A stretch of 62,015 nucleotides of DNA, the filler included, from Choristocarpus tenellus KU-1152 (taxonomy: Eukaryota > Protista > Phaeophyceae), in assembly GCA_964200185.2 (NCBI GenBank). It is 14 parts of 14 records of this genome, joined end to end, with 100 filler letters (N's around TTAATTAATTAA, not from the genome) between each part and the next. Parts side by side here need not be neighbours in the genome. Positions count along the whole stretch, not along the records: positions 30,692 to 38,595 come from CAXNAD020005419.1; positions 38,696 to 42,105 come from CAXNAD020020231.1; positions 42,206 to 45,029 come from CAXNAD020024439.1; positions 45,130 to 50,086 come from CAXNAD020012385.1; positions 50,187 to 53,248 come from CAXNAD020022596.1; 9 more parts are not named here. One strand, written 5' to 3'. Positions within the stretch are counted from its first letter, which is position 1. The number at the start of each line of letters is the position of its first letter. Below, piece after piece: positions 38,541-52,267 of the stretch. Both the position numbers and the translations under genes were made by a program. The notes beneath the pieces are model-generated. The model did not search any database, had not been told where the DNA came from, and was given only the letters and a program-made list of their open reading frames with translations.

Positions 38541-41500
38541 GTGAGCATTGCCCCCCCCCCCCTAGACATATTTTTCTTACATCCCATCAGATCGGNNNNN
38601 NNNNNNNNNNNNNNNNNNNNNNNNNNNNNNNNNNNNNNNTTAATTAATTAANNNNNNNNNNNNNNNNNNNNNNNNNNNNNNNNNNNNNNNNNNNNGGGAG
38701 GAGGGAAGGGACAGGGGGGGGGGCAAGAGACTGACAAATATCCAATTTCGATCATTTGAAGAACAACAGTAGGAGTGATCGTACCTGTACTATCCTGTAC
38801 TGAATCTCTGGCTTCAAAATATACAGATAATTAAAAAAAGCTCAAAAACATATATCCACATTTGTTCAACCTTAGTCTACAACAAGTCTTTTACGTGCAA
38901 ACAGCAGGCAGTTAAGGACGTTTCATAGAACTGGAAGTTAACCAGACCAACTCAGAGGACTGGGGCCACAGGTCAGCCTACGGACTGGTTCAGTTACAAT
39001 CTCTCTGACCAGTCCCATTAAACCATGTTTCACCAGGGCTAGCCTGTAACCCAGACCAGACTGGTCAAAATATGAGACGGCCCTAGATCAGCCCTGATAA
39101 AATATATTTCACCAACGCCAACCTGCTGCCCCATCCGGTTTTAAGTCTCTGATGACCCAGGAATTGTCCTGATAAAACACACCTTACCGAGGCTATCGGC
39201 ATGGTATGGTGACTTTGCCCAGTCCAGTGAAAATTCCTACCTGCTAAGCTCGGTGATTCACGGGCACATGACTCCAGAGCACACCTAAAATATGTGAATA
39301 TCCACACTGACATCCTAGGGTACCTAGATAGATAGGTAGGTAGGTAGGTAAGAAGACAGATAGTTTTAACCCCAGAGCAACAAAAATAACAAACAAGCTG
39401 TTGCCAATCGTTTTCACCTTAGGAGTACACTCACATTAGTTTTTTATTCTCTTTCATTTTCAACTACGGCTACACCTTTCTCAAATCGTACTTAAAAACA
39501 TGTACAGAGTATGTACTGTATATACAACAGTACACATAGACACTGAACCTTTTCTGTTTTCAGAGCAATTATACAAAATAGAGACGAAACACTACAACAC
39601 TTTCTGTGCGGGTGTCATCAACATCAATATAAAATAAAATAGCACAAAACTACACTCTGCTAGTCCTCCCTCCCCTCGATAACAAACATACCAACCGCAA
39701 CCAGATTGTTCTTATTCTTATTCCCATATTATACTATATATTTTGTTCAGACTACCGTATATATTTCAGTCTACATTATAGTCTCCCCTCCCCCCCAACC
39801 CCTCTCCCACCTCTGATTTCATAGTGTTACACCAAAATATGAACTCCCCAACTAGATCACCTCATTTCTCTCACCGCTCGAGGAGGGTTCCTGTGACACA
39901 GCATCATAGATGGAAATAAACCAGTTGCCATCCAGGTCGAAACAGCCCGTTCCCAAACCCAAAAGAGCAGACGATTCCACCATCTCCATCAACTCTCAAA
40001 CAGAGCAATAATACTGTTATCTCAGGCCCTAAGTCTCCTCAGTACCTCTCCTTCTTTTGCTGCTGTAAGGACAGCAGCACCCTTTTGTGCTGGTTACAAA
40101 TGCTGGACATAGTACCATCACACCTGTGTGTGTGTGTGTGTGTGTGTGCTGGTTACACATGCTGGACACAATACCATCACAGCTCTCTCTCTCTCTCTCT
40201 CTACTCATATACACATCTCCATATTGTCTGACACACCTGTAGTATGAACACCCACAGTAGATGAGTTAGTTAAAAAAATACATGTTTCTTCCCACGCTAT
40301 CTTCACATGTACTAGGACCATATATCAATATCAGTATCAGTATCAGTATCAGTATCCTTGCAGTTTCCCTACACTGTCGGTTTCATTCGCTACAGCTCAG
40401 GCTTAGAGCTACGACTGGAGCTACGGCTACGGCTACAGCTAGAGCTAGGGTTTGAGCTACGGTTAGACCTGATTATGAGCAATTTTATATAGATGGCATC
40501 CAACCAGTTCATTGCATCTGGTCGTTCTTGTATTATTCGCGTTTCCACCGGAAGCAATAACAAACAAAAAATCTCCTAGTACCTTCTTGTATATATTAAG
40601 GTGTGTATGGATGTGACAAATGCATTATACTTGAGTAATGCAGTACAGTAAACGTCACCAACGTATGTTTGCGTATTTGAGTAGTGGTTGATTGCCGTTG
40701 TTACCCTCCCCCTCCAACAATGACCACCCCCCTCTTCGCCTGTTTTATGAGCTGTGTGATAACCAGCATGTCGAAAGAGAGATACCACAAAAATATATTG
40801 TTGGAACTAAGTAGCTATGGCACAGGAGAGAGAGGCGACTTGAGGGTGGGGTGTCCATCATCAGAACAGTTGAGGGGGGGAGCAGCGTGGCTATGGAAAT
40901 GATCAGTGCTGCTACCAGCTTGTTCCTAGGGCTGCCGCTGTCAGCCATGAACGAATGGTCACTGCACCAAATGGGCATAGACGGAGATTAGACTGGGCAG
41001 TTGAAACGATAATCGTCGTTCTGTGGATGGGTCTGGTGTCAGGTTGAAAAACGCCTGCTAGGTGAGGGAGCTTGACTGGCGCAATAACAGCATACCGTAT
41101 TGATGTGGGGGATTCTCTCATGTGTGCTACTTCACACAAGTAAAGTACTATTATTAGTGGTCTTCAATTCTTCTATACAGTATCCCTACAGTACCAATAT
41201 CAGTATCCCTACAGTTTCCCTGCAGTGTGGGTTTGATTCGATTGACGAGCGTCAGGTCAGGTCTCGATCTACATCTGGAGGTATGGATAGAGCTACGTCT
41301 AGAGCTTCAGCTACGGCTAGAGCTACGATATGGGCTAGGGTTAGCCTGATTATGAGTAATATGTTATATGTGAAGCCGATACTTGCAATGTGCTTGCGAA
41401 GGACGCATGAAACCTTCCCAAAGTGACTACTATCCTGGGTCTTTGTGAGGTATGAATACGTCTCTTGCTGTGTCCGAAGCTTTGAATGGTTGGGGTTTGA

Positions 41501-42205
41501 GGTTTGGTAACGGTCCCAATTGCCGTCTGTAGTGTGGGTCTGGGGCACGTGACTTATTTTTCATTTCTGTTGAAGTGTCCGTGGTGGTGCTAGGAGGTCG
41601 ACCTTCTTTCAGCCGTCCTGGTCGCTCCTGACAGAGATGAAATCCACGAGAACAATTGTAAGGAGAGAGTGTGTCAATGAGTATCGAGTTGAAGCTGAGT
41701 TTCGTTGGCCAGATGAAGTGACTGGAATCATGTATGTGTGACTTAAGCTATAACGTTTAAGTCGAATATTGTTGCAGTAAATGGTTATGGAAATGGATAC
41801 GTAGTTGGTGGGTATAGGTTTGAAGGAATGGATCCCACCCTGGGGTTCAAAGGTTTGAAAGGAAGAGGTGAGTAGCAAGTTGTTGGTAGCACAAACCTTG
41901 CTGCCCAGCCAGGCCCTAACCAAGGTTGCCCTTGGTTGAGAACTGGTTTTGGCTTATATATATATATGCATATGTATGAATATATCTATGTGATCGGCTT
42001 ACAGGGAGGTTATGGTACGTGGTGAGTTACTGTTTCTCTCAGTTGTTAGTAACCGTGGGGATGCACGCGTGTGGGTCCATGTTCATGGACTCATCTCTCA
42101 TTCAGNNNNNNNNNNNNNNNNNNNNNNNNNNNNNNNNNNNNNNNNNNNNTTAATTAATTAANNNNNNNNNNNNNNNNNNNNNNNNNNNNNNNNNNNNNNN
42201 NNNNN

Positions 42206-42245
42206 CAACCAACCCCCCCCCCCCCCCCCCAGATACTTTGGGTCC
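42206..42245. mobile_element. MITE family B terminal fragment (another at 50187-50206)
   Basis: Poly-C plus AGATACTTTGGGTCC at a contig edge. Confidence 0.75.
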
Positions 42246-42339
42246 CCTTAGCTTCTAACTGCAACTCAACATTTCCTCTTGTCCTCAGTGTCAAAGGGTG
42301 TAAACGGAGTTATACAGAGGTAAGTAGCCAGCCTAGGAT

Positions 42340-42980
42340 GAGGAGACCACTGACATGGAGAATGGTTGTAGAGACGAAACAGTGCATGATAATGTTAGGA
42401 AGGGAAGGAGAACTATCAAGGCTAGGTCTAGATTTCTCATTCTTCTTTCTAGCAAGAGCATTTGAATTGTGGGTGCATAATGAGGAAGGGGGAGTACATG
42501 GGGATTTCGCAGTGAGGAGGAGATATGTGGTGTTCAGGAGAGGAAAAACCAGGTTGGATTGGAAGGATAGACTGTGACGTCCACAGGGTCAAAGGGGGAT
42601 CGTGGAAGGAAGGGAGCGGTATTGTCGAGGTATAAAGTGGAAGGGCAGGACGGTGAGGAGCGATGGGGGGCTTTGACATTGTGGTAGCAATCATGGAATA
42701 TTGCCTGGACCTGCACCTGATGCCCCGCTAGTGACATGTAGGGGTCGTGAGAAGTGTAAGGCATCAGGAGAAACCAGGCAACGTGCGTCCTGAAAGGGTA
42801 GGAAGGGAACATAAGTTGAGGTCAGAGTATTACGAGCTATACTCGGACAGGATTGGGGGAGCGACGAGAATGGCAACAATGAGGACACCAAAAATAGTGA
42901 TACAAAGGGAAGGAAGATGGAAATCGGGGGCGTTCATGGTATATGATAGGGTCAACCAAAGAAACACAGTATGGTATCAA
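42340..42980 (+). pseudogene. Decayed tyrosine recombinase, probably from a DIRS/Ngaro-type retroelement
   Basis: FFFLARAFEL (box I R) and SDRIGGATRMA...IQREGRWKSGAFMVY (box II with catalytic Y); frameshifted. Confidence 0.75.
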
Positions 42981-45400
42981 AACGTTTGGCAGAGTAGGAA
43001 GGACTGGGTGTCACTGGGACAAGAGGCGGAGTTGTGAACAAGACATAGACATCAATCCAAATGGAAGGTCAAGTTCTGGCAGGGCAAATATCTTATATTT
43101 CAAAGGCACGGTATGGGAGGGGATGGTTGGGGGGTGCTCTTGGATGGATGTGGAGTGTAGAAAAGTGGTGAAGAGTTTTGTTGACAGGTATTCAGTGGTA
43201 TGGAGTAAAATTGTGTGAAGTTGCATAAAGCAGTATGGCGAAGGGTGTTGTGGAGTAAGGTAGCGTGGACTTGCTGAAATTGGCTGCAGTGGTTAGTGTT
43301 TGAGTGCCCAGGATTTGGCTGCGTTAGTTGGTGATTGGGTATGAAAGTGGTAGCATTGGTTTGTGACTGGATACATGGAAATGGCCGCTGTGGTTGGTGG
43401 CTGGATATGCGGAGAACGCCTACATAAAAGTTTGTGGGGTAACAACAAGGATAGTGTGTGGAGGGAAAGAAGAAGTGGAGACATTGGTTTAGGAAGAGTA
43501 TAGTGGATGGAAGGCTAATACGAGGTTAACTAACTAATGCGGAATTTGTGAGTGAAGAAATGTAAATTTGTATCTACAATGGAGTCACATCTTCCTCGGG
43601 TTCATTGTATCAGATCCACGTAAGGTTCGCCATAGTTTGTGCTTTACAACGAGACAAGTCGCTTCACACTCTGTTCAACGTTTTCATTGATGTAGTTGAA
43701 GCTGCTTTTCTCGACCATTGCAAAGAGTGCCTTTGTCTTTCACCCCCTTTGCCATATTCTCTTGGTCTCTTCTGCTTGCATTGTTACAGGGTTGAGCTTG
43801 ACCAGCTCGACATTTGCCAGTCTGTGACATTTAACCGGTTGCACTTGGCGGGTCTTCACGCCCCCACACATACGATACATGTACGCAACCTGCCGTTGTC
43901 AGATTGACGTTTTAGGTATGTAGGTTTATGGAATGGTGGAGTGAGGGGCGAAGAAAATGGAAGTTGAACTACACAATTTGATTGGATGGGGTTGAAGGTG
44001 GAGTCATCGGGCGGATGGGAAAGAAGGAGTCTCTTCGAAATTAATAGGATTCTAGGAAGATAGAAGTAGTTTTGCATGGTCCGCCCCTACGATCCACCTG
44101 AAGGGGTGAGGGCGACCTTAATCTACGATCCACAGGTTTAGAACCCTCAGATGACGAGGATATGATGGATAAAAAGGCGGTGGAGGAATCTATGTCTTCA
44201 ACAGCCTTGCTGTCGTTGGTCTTCTCTTCATGTTCAGTTTCACACTCAGTGTCTACAGTATGATGAACGTGGTGCTTCTGCTAATGATGGAGTCTTCTGG
44301 TATTGGAGTTGGACGTTCTGCTGCACGGGTAGGTGACGTCTTGCTTCAAATCCTATATCTGAATTCACTGGATCGCCAGTGTGAAATGTGAGGTTCTCCT
44401 GGGGCATAGGTATAGGTAGATTGGAGACACAGGAAGGCAGTAGTGGTGAAGTAACAAATGGATTAGGGTTTTTCACATTTATGACATTTTATTTATTTAG
44501 GGCTTATACTGACAATAACTATAGTTTTCATTGGTTTCTCCCCTGACACATCTGCAAAATGTCAGAGGGCATAATAATATATAATCATGACAATATGTAT
44601 ATATTTGCATATAATATATACTACCAACTGTGACGATATATAGACTCAGTCAAATGATATCATCCCACAACATGGATCAGAGAGGTTGGCCACCATCAGG
44701 TTATTTGTGAAGAGTACTCCAGGTGTTATTGGACATTTTAATGCCAGCAATCCATCGAAACAATCTACCCGAGGGTGGTTCAAAACAGAGAGGCCTCCAC
44801 ACAGTAGTTGATCAATCTGACCAGCGAACATCACTTGCTATGTATGACGTATGGACATCTTCGTCTACAACACGACTTTATGTTGTGATACACGTGGAAA
44901 ATGTCAGAGGGCATAATAATAAAAATATTTACGATTTCATCCCTCCACAATTTCGGTAGCGTTTTTTGAAGCGATGCCATCTGTGAATCGTGTGATTCTG
45001 TGGCGGCGTGGTTCACTCAGGCAAGGGTGNNNNNNNNNNNNNNNNNNNNNNNNNNNNNNNNNNNNNNNNNNNNTTAATTAATTAANNNNNNNNNNNNNNN
45101 NNNNNNNNNNNNNNNNNNNNNNNNNNNNNGGAGTGGATAAGGGCCAACTCCAGGAGAAGAATAGTCCAGAGTGACATTCGTCGTTTCTTTTGATGTGCTT
45201 GGCATATACTTTTGTCTTGGGGTTGCATCACGCCAGGAGAGCGACAGTATGTTTTAGAAAGACTGAAGAGACTCTGAGGTAGAAGGTACATACAGTATTC
45301 TCTTTCTTTATGGCGAGGCGGGAGATGCGCATTAACACATAAACATTCAACAAAAAAAAAGCGCTCGTAATTATTCCCATTCTATCCATGAAGCTTATGG

Positions 45401-45580
45401 TTGATTTCCCAGCTCACCACGATTAATTAGTCGATTCCACGATTGATTTCCCAGCTCGCCACGATTAATCAGTCGCTTCGACGATTGATTTCCCAGCTCA
45501 CCACGATTATTTTTCTCGCTTCGACGATTGATTCCCACGAATGCCACGGTTGTTAGTCGATTTGACGATTGATTTCACGA
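45401..45580. repeat. ~42-bp degenerate tandem repeat, about 4 units
   Basis: CGATTGATTTCCCAGCTC(A/G)CCACGATTAA.. recurring. Confidence 0.8.
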
Positions 45581-48500
45581 TTTTGTACCAAGTGGTACAA
45601 AAGCGATATTGTACTACATCAATTCTGTACCCCTTTTTCTGGCGTGTCCATGGGTGAACAAAATCGGGTAACCTACTGTATGTTAGGGAAAAAGCCAATT
45701 CAATATCATAAGGGTCGCTGTAAAAATAACAGCTATCATTTTCCGAGGTTAATATTGGTTTGAAATGGGTTGCATTGATGATTACGATATTTATATTTCC
45801 GATATCTCGACATAGCACTCTATGAAGTCAAACAAGGTAAAAGGGTGAAAGTAGTCTTCACGTGACATCTGCACTCATGAAAACGTTACAGGAGGAATTG
45901 ATCTTCCAGACTATGAAATGGAGGATGTATGGCGGGAGGTTAGAGCAGGAAAGGGGTTGTCGAATCCCGCCTACTACAGATAGTGTCTGTTTCTAGACAA
46001 GAGACTCTCTCAATCAAGACGTGTCATATGTTTGTTTCAAGCTGGAGACGCTGGAGAGATGGGCAAGGAGGGACCTGTCAGATTCTTAGTAGGATGCTTC
46101 CCTAGCTCCTCGCCCTGTTGTGTAGGGTTAAGCTAGGTTGGAGGCATAGCAGCTGTGTACACATAACATTGATGGGAGCATTGTATCATAGTTGCTACTC
46201 GAATACTAAGTTTTTTGAGAGGCAGAGGCATCTTTCGCATTTGCCATAATTGTTTCTTTTCAAGGGTCTCTTGTGATATTGGTTTGCTTTTCTTCACACA
46301 TCTACAAAATGCCAAAAAGATATACAGACATAAAATTATAGAAAATGCGTCTCGGGTTATACGAACACCTAGATTTGTGTTAATGTGGATTTGATATTTC
46401 GAAAAAAACATACACGCGCGCGCTTTCTTACTTATACACAATGTGAAGGGAATAACAACCATAGTGATTTTTAGAGGTCTGAACCAGGTATCACCTCTCT
46501 AGTTTGTGGAACACTGGTTGAACGCCGTACTCGAAGTTGTCCGTTAGATCGAGGTGGGTGCTGCAGCGTCCCCTCGCAGCACTGATTAGTTCACTTGTTG
46601 GAGGCGTCTTTCCCTTTTGCATTCCGCAGCACCAACCCCCGTTTGGGGCGTTCTGTATCTCAGCTATTGCGCAAGCGCCGGGAGAACAATTGGGACCTTT
46701 CGGGTGTGAGTAGGCATGTTCGTCAAGCTGTACCAACGGACAGCGGAGAGCTATGAGGTGGCGTTGGGGCTATACAACGACAGGATGGAATCCGGGAAGC
46801 AACCTTCTACACCGTTCGTAAACCTCTTCGATGTGGATGTGGAAGAGGGTCTACTGGTGGGGGCGAACGTGGTTTTTCTTGCTCTGGTCGTCCTGGCTTA
46901 CACGCGGATGATGGTGAGGTTCGATTTAGAAGGACATTATTTGCAGTCGGCTATTGCAGTAGTTATTTGAACATAGATGGATATCCTCGACGTTGCCCGA
47001 AAACCCAGATGTAGCAAACTCGGTCCTCACCTTAGATTTCTAAATCGCAATGACGTGGATCTTGTCACACGTAAGCACTCAGCTCTGTGGTCGCAAACCC
47101 CCGCCCCGCCCAGTCCCACTTGGAAGTGGATGTATGCCGATCCGGGCGTGACCTTTCTGATATCCGTGGTTCACTAAGAAACCAGCACGGTAATTGTAAG
47201 AAAGGTGCGTTTGTTCCTTGTAGTTGGACGTGGGCCAATGTTTTGATATGTGATGCCCTATTGTTCTCATGACGGTAATGCGCTTTATCAGGAAGTTGTC
47301 ATGTTTTGTGTCAGGGTAGGCATGATTGGTCTTGTTTTGTGGCTGGGGAGAGGTCGAACCAACAACTTGAGCATTGAGTCGTCTACAATTAGTGTAGTAT
47401 TGCACCACAGGTCGCAGAAAACTTAGCCCTGCCTATCCTGTCCTTGTGTTGTGCACTGCAATTTGTACTTTACTTCACTAACCCCTGGCACCCTTTGCCT
47501 GTGACATTTAGTTGTTTATCACGTTGCTGTGTCTTGTCATCCTTACCACGCGGGACAGTGGTTTGTATTGCAACTGCACTGCCTGTTTTTCTGTGTGTGT
47601 GTATGCGTGTTTGTGGAGAGGTACGTGTTCGCTGGGGGAGAAGGTGTTCATTCTGGTGGGAATCATAGTAGGGGGTCTGAAGCAATGTTTGAATTGAACT
47701 TTTTTGGTGGTACAAGAAAGAGAAAATTAGTATTTGGAGGTGCAAGCATTCTATAATAGCATCAGCAAAACACCTTTTCCCCCGCAGGAATAACATCTCC
47801 TTAGATTGAACCTTTAAAGGGAGGGAGATTAATGCGCACGGGAATTGTTCGGTGGTTTGCTCATCGATCATTTTCAATGTATTCTGTCCTTTGTTCCTAA
47901 ACAAAACGTAGCCTTTAACCTTTGGGGAATTTATACGGTGCCCTTACTATTACTATTTTGCTGCTATATAGGCTACTAGTCAGCTTATTGAGATAAGCTA
48001 ACACCAAAGCTATAATTCTTGCGAAATATACCTAATAACTAGGACCCAGGCTACCAAAATGGATTAATAATGATGGTGAGGCCGTAGTAAGCAATCCAAC
48101 ACCTGGGTTGGTCTGGTAAAAGGGTTGGTGAAGTGCATCTACTCGTCCGGTTTGCTTAGAACGTAAGGTTTTTCAGTGAGACTTCAGAGCAGGGCTCGAG
48201 GATTAGGATATGGAAAGATTAAGACGTAACAATAAGAACTTAGATCTGAGTTGCCACACTTATATACACACTAGCTGAAGCCGTTGGGATACTTCAATGT
48301 GATTTAAAACGCGCTTCCCTGACCTAGATGGCGTGTTTATCAGGAAATCTGATAAACACACCAACGGTCGGGCAGACTTTGTATTTTTTAATTTGGGTTT
48401 TATATCCACCGGTAGGCGTACAGACTCACCAAAACCCCTTGGCTGGTAATCCTAATAACAATGGACTAGCTCCAGCTAGCCAAGGACCACAGGACAATGC

Positions 48501-48689
48501 TGCCCCGGTTTTTTCTAACATCATTAGACCTCTTAGATACTCAATGTATCCTAGATCTATCCCCTGGGGAAGGCACCCCAAAGATGAGGTTCAATTAGAA
48601 GACCTCAGATGCGTTAATGAATACATTAAGCATGTTTCCTCTTCCCCAAGATAACCCCAAGATATCCCCAAGATACGCCCCAAACATGG

Positions 48690-48775
48690 GCACCTGCCCT
48701 TTGTTTCACGTACTCCCCAAGGTCCATAAAAACCCAGTGGTAGGACGACCTATTGCTGCTGGACACTCTTGGTGG
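48690..48775 (+). pseudogene. Penelope-like retroelement RT fragment
   Basis: FHVLPKVHKNPVVGRPI matches the Penelope LPKxHK...RPI motif; cut off by a TIR element at 48779. Confidence 0.6.
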
Positions 48776-48778
48776 ATT

Positions 48779-49080
48779 AAGGATCAACTTGATTCCTTGA
48801 GCAAAGTGTCATTCCCCCCAGATCACACTTCCTAAAAAGAAGCTCAGAGACAACTGGAATTTTTTTTTTTGACCTGCTGTCATCAGGCCTGAAGAATCAT
48901 CGGTGGCTGATTTGAAAAACATCAAAAATTCCTAACTAACTGTAAGGCAGCATTTTTAGACAGCACGAGAAAATAGATTTCCTTTTTATTTTCCTTTTTT
49001 TTCTGTCTCTGAGCCACATTCTAGGAAGTATGATCTGCTGGGGGGACTGACACTTCGCTTGAGGATTCAAGTTGATCCTT
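48779..49080. mobile_element. ~300-bp non-autonomous element with ~55-60-bp imperfect TIRs
   Basis: AAGGATCAACTTGATTCC...ACTTCCTA versus TAGGAAGT...GGATTCAAGTTGATCCTT. Confidence 0.7.
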
Positions 49081-49927
49081 CTTAGTCCCCTTCTGGTATT
49101 GAATCATGAGCATGAAGTACTGTTCTAGAAAAGCATTTCGACCCTCCAATATCATCTCACAAAACACAACAGTGACTGATGATAGTGCTGCTCTATCTTC
49201 TTTTAGCAAAGATCTCCTGCTTCTTTTTTTTCCTTCTTGTGGGGTACCCACTGCTGCAAGTGATTGTCTGTTTTGTCGCATCTGTTTCTGCACCATTTCC
49301 TACCATCTAGTGCATCATTTGTTCTTCTAAACATGGTGGGACTTTTATTTGCTTAACATCATTGTTAAACATTGTACTACTTGCGCTTCGCCAGACTGTA
49401 CCTTGCCTAGCCGAGACATGGTACCTGTTATGTTATACTATCTGTCCTCTTGCATGTTACATCTTGCATGTTGGCAGTGTTACACTCTTTTCTTACTCAT
49501 TCTTCTACTCGAGGATTTCTTGATTGCTGCTGGGGTTTTTTCAGTATGGTATTTGGTTTATAACGACTTTTTTTCTCTTAAGACACGAGGATTATCCTAT
49601 GGGGAAGAAATTGTTGTTGCAAGCGATAATATTATTATCCTATGGGGAGAGATAGAAGACTTTCGATAGTGAACATACCTCACAAAAACATTCCTTTTCT
49701 CGGGTTGGTGACGAGTTTGTTGCCATTCGCCGGTACAGTTACGGTTGGAAGATATTGTTGTTCACCTAATAATGGAGTGGGAGATATTGTTCAAAACAAA
49801 GTCTTTGTTGGGGAGACTTTGGATTGACTGCCTCTTTGTTTTTGAGCCGCCCGTTAGAAATGTAGTATACTTCATTATTGATGGTATGTGCCTATGAAGA
49901 GGCTGGACGAAGCCGGGGTGCCTCCAC

Positions 49928-50035
49928 TAGTTTGTATGTAACTGACTGTTGTGTTTTTTCTGTGTAGTTTGTATGTAACTGACTGTTGTGTTTTTTCTAT
50001 GTAGTTTGTATGTAACTGACTGTTGTATTTTTTCA
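49928..50035. repeat. 37-bp tandem repeat x3
   Basis: TAGTTTGTATGTAACTGACTGTTGTGTTTTTTCT.TG. Confidence 0.9.
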
Positions 50036-51125
50036 ATGTAACATGATATGGGGTGTGCGTATACATTAATAAAAAAGGGGGGGAGGNNNNNNNNNNNNNN
50101 NNNNNNNNNNNNNNNNNNNNNNNNNNNNNNTTAATTAATTAANNNNNNNNNNNNNNNNNNNNNNNNNNNNNNNNNNNNNNNNNNNNCCCCCCAGATACTT
50201 TGACCCTATTGTGGTGTCACTTTGTGTGTGGAAAAGAGGGAAATGGCAATTTGCGTTGATTATTGTACATATAATGCAATGAGATATTGTTTATTGCATA
50301 GGGTGAGAATGGTGGCTTAGAATGCAAAAGGGTTCAAACCTGCCTACTTCTCAATTGGTTAGGCTCTTTGTGAAGAACTAATAAGTTAAATAATGATTTA
50401 TCCGATGCGTGGAATGTCTGTCACTTGTGTCCTGAAGGAATTTAAGCTAATCCTATTCAGGAGGCGTGTGTCCTTATGCTGAACCCTCCTTGTAATCCCG
50501 GTATAATGGACTGCCAAGGTTTAAACTTCCAGAACCGGATGAGGAGTGGTTGTACTAGCCCAGTCAACTTTACTCTGACCAAAAATCCCTACCAGGTCTT
50601 TTCAGGGGACTTCTGAAAATACAATGGCGTAATTGGATTATCCTAGTGCCTGTGTTGTGGGGCTTACACTAGTGGGCTGTGTAGAGGTCTCTCTACGGGG
50701 TGGTCCTTTGTTGTCTGTCCAGAAGGGTGGGGAGGGTGGCCACCAACGAACCCACAAAGGGAGTAAGTAGTTTGGAGATGCCTAATAGAGGAGAGGCCTA
50801 GGCCCCCCGAACTTGTGGTCATCTTCACCTGAACCCTTTGAAGTGCTTCTAGGTAAAGAGACTCATTGGCGCACGCCGCATAAAAACTCGATTGCTTCAG
50901 CAGAGAAGGACGCCTCCACAATCTTCTCTAATTTCACAGGGAGGTGTTATCTGCCTGGTCCATGGTGAGACCTGCCAGATGCGGGGGAATGACCTTCACC
51001 AGGTAGCCTAAACGGGAAGAGAGGGACCAGGAGTCGAGGAGGCAGGCAACCTGCTTCTCCTCCTTCTTGTTCAGGAGTATAGTCAGCTGGCTCAAGCCTG
51101 AACTCTCAGTTACCCCGGTCCCATG

Positions 51126-51701
51126 TGTTACAGACTGCCCCTCAGAACTCACCTCCACAGGATATGCAACTCAAATTCAACAACCTTAAAACGACGATAT
51201 GGGAAAGTTGCCCTTGATAACAGTTTGTAGGGTGTCAGGTGTCCTTCTCTTCTCGATACTCCACTCAGTGCTTAGCTCAAAGCTCGACTCAAAGTTTCGT
51301 TCAAGATAAAAAGTAAAGACTGGAGGTGAAAGAGGGGTCAAGGTGTTTAACCAAAAGCCCTCTTATTATTTTCATCATCTACCCAACTTCTTTGGTCTTC
51401 TATGCAACTGCTCTACACGTACTCCAATCATAAACCTTTATTCTGCAACTTCTTGGGGACTTTGACAAATGTTACGTATGCATTCCGAATCTTACTCTGT
51501 ATCTTCTATGAAATCATCTTTATTCTGTAAGGCTGTTAATACTATGTTTTACTATTATCGTATATTGTTCGCATCTGTTATAACGCGAGAAACAATCCTC
51601 ACACTATACGTCTGTCACAAATGTTCGTGTTTGCTAAAACATGGGAAGAAATGCTCGCTCTATTCGCGTGTAACAAATGCTCGCACTATTCGCCTGTAAC
51701 A
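51126..51701. mobile_element. Solo LTR (576 bp) with CATG TSD
   Basis: catg|TGTTACAG ... CTGTAACA|catg; inverted homolog at 57179-57784. Confidence 0.8.
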
Positions 51702-51996
51702 CATGGGCTTGAATAAATTCATCATTATCCAGGATGGCCCAATAACAGCAGATTTCAAAAATTGAGGATAGAGCTTTTCATTGAGGATGGGCTTGACTCA
51801 AAATTGACTGGGAGAAAGTGTCGATATGTTTTTTTTTGTAAAGCTCCATCCTCAATTTTTGAAATCTGCTGTTCAATAGTGAATAAACCATTTGGGTCCA
51901 GAGTAAACTTGATGCCCACATTGATGAGGAGCTACAGTCCAGAGGGCGTAGGTTGGTGACCCTGACGTGGTGCTGTGTATGTCTTGGCCTTGTTGA

Positions 51997-52267
51997 GAGT
52001 GAAAGCATTCAAGAGGGTAGGAGTTTTGCCCTGTTTGTCCGTTTGGGGCTTGGTTTCCCACGTTTTTTTTAATGCCTTTCTTCGGTTTTCTGTGTGGAGC
52101 ACAGTCACCTAAAATGTATACGACAATGAAAGGTGTGCCCTGAGCAAGGATATTGACACCTGCTAACAAAATGATAGCCAAAATGATAGCCAAAATGAAT
52201 CAAAATCGCAATATTGGATTTATGATCCCGAACGGACGCGGCCCTACCCTCGTAAATTATTTGACTC
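51997..52267. mobile_element. MITE family A with TGA TSD
   Basis: tga|GAGTGAAAG ... TTTGACTC|tga. Confidence 0.88.

Noticed and set aside
39875-41640. Scattered minus-strand exon candidates (also 45130-49830)
   Set aside because: No recognisable family and no consistent phase chain could be built
46490-47200. LINE endonuclease relic
   Set aside because: Only a vague KIHVIAI match; too weak to call
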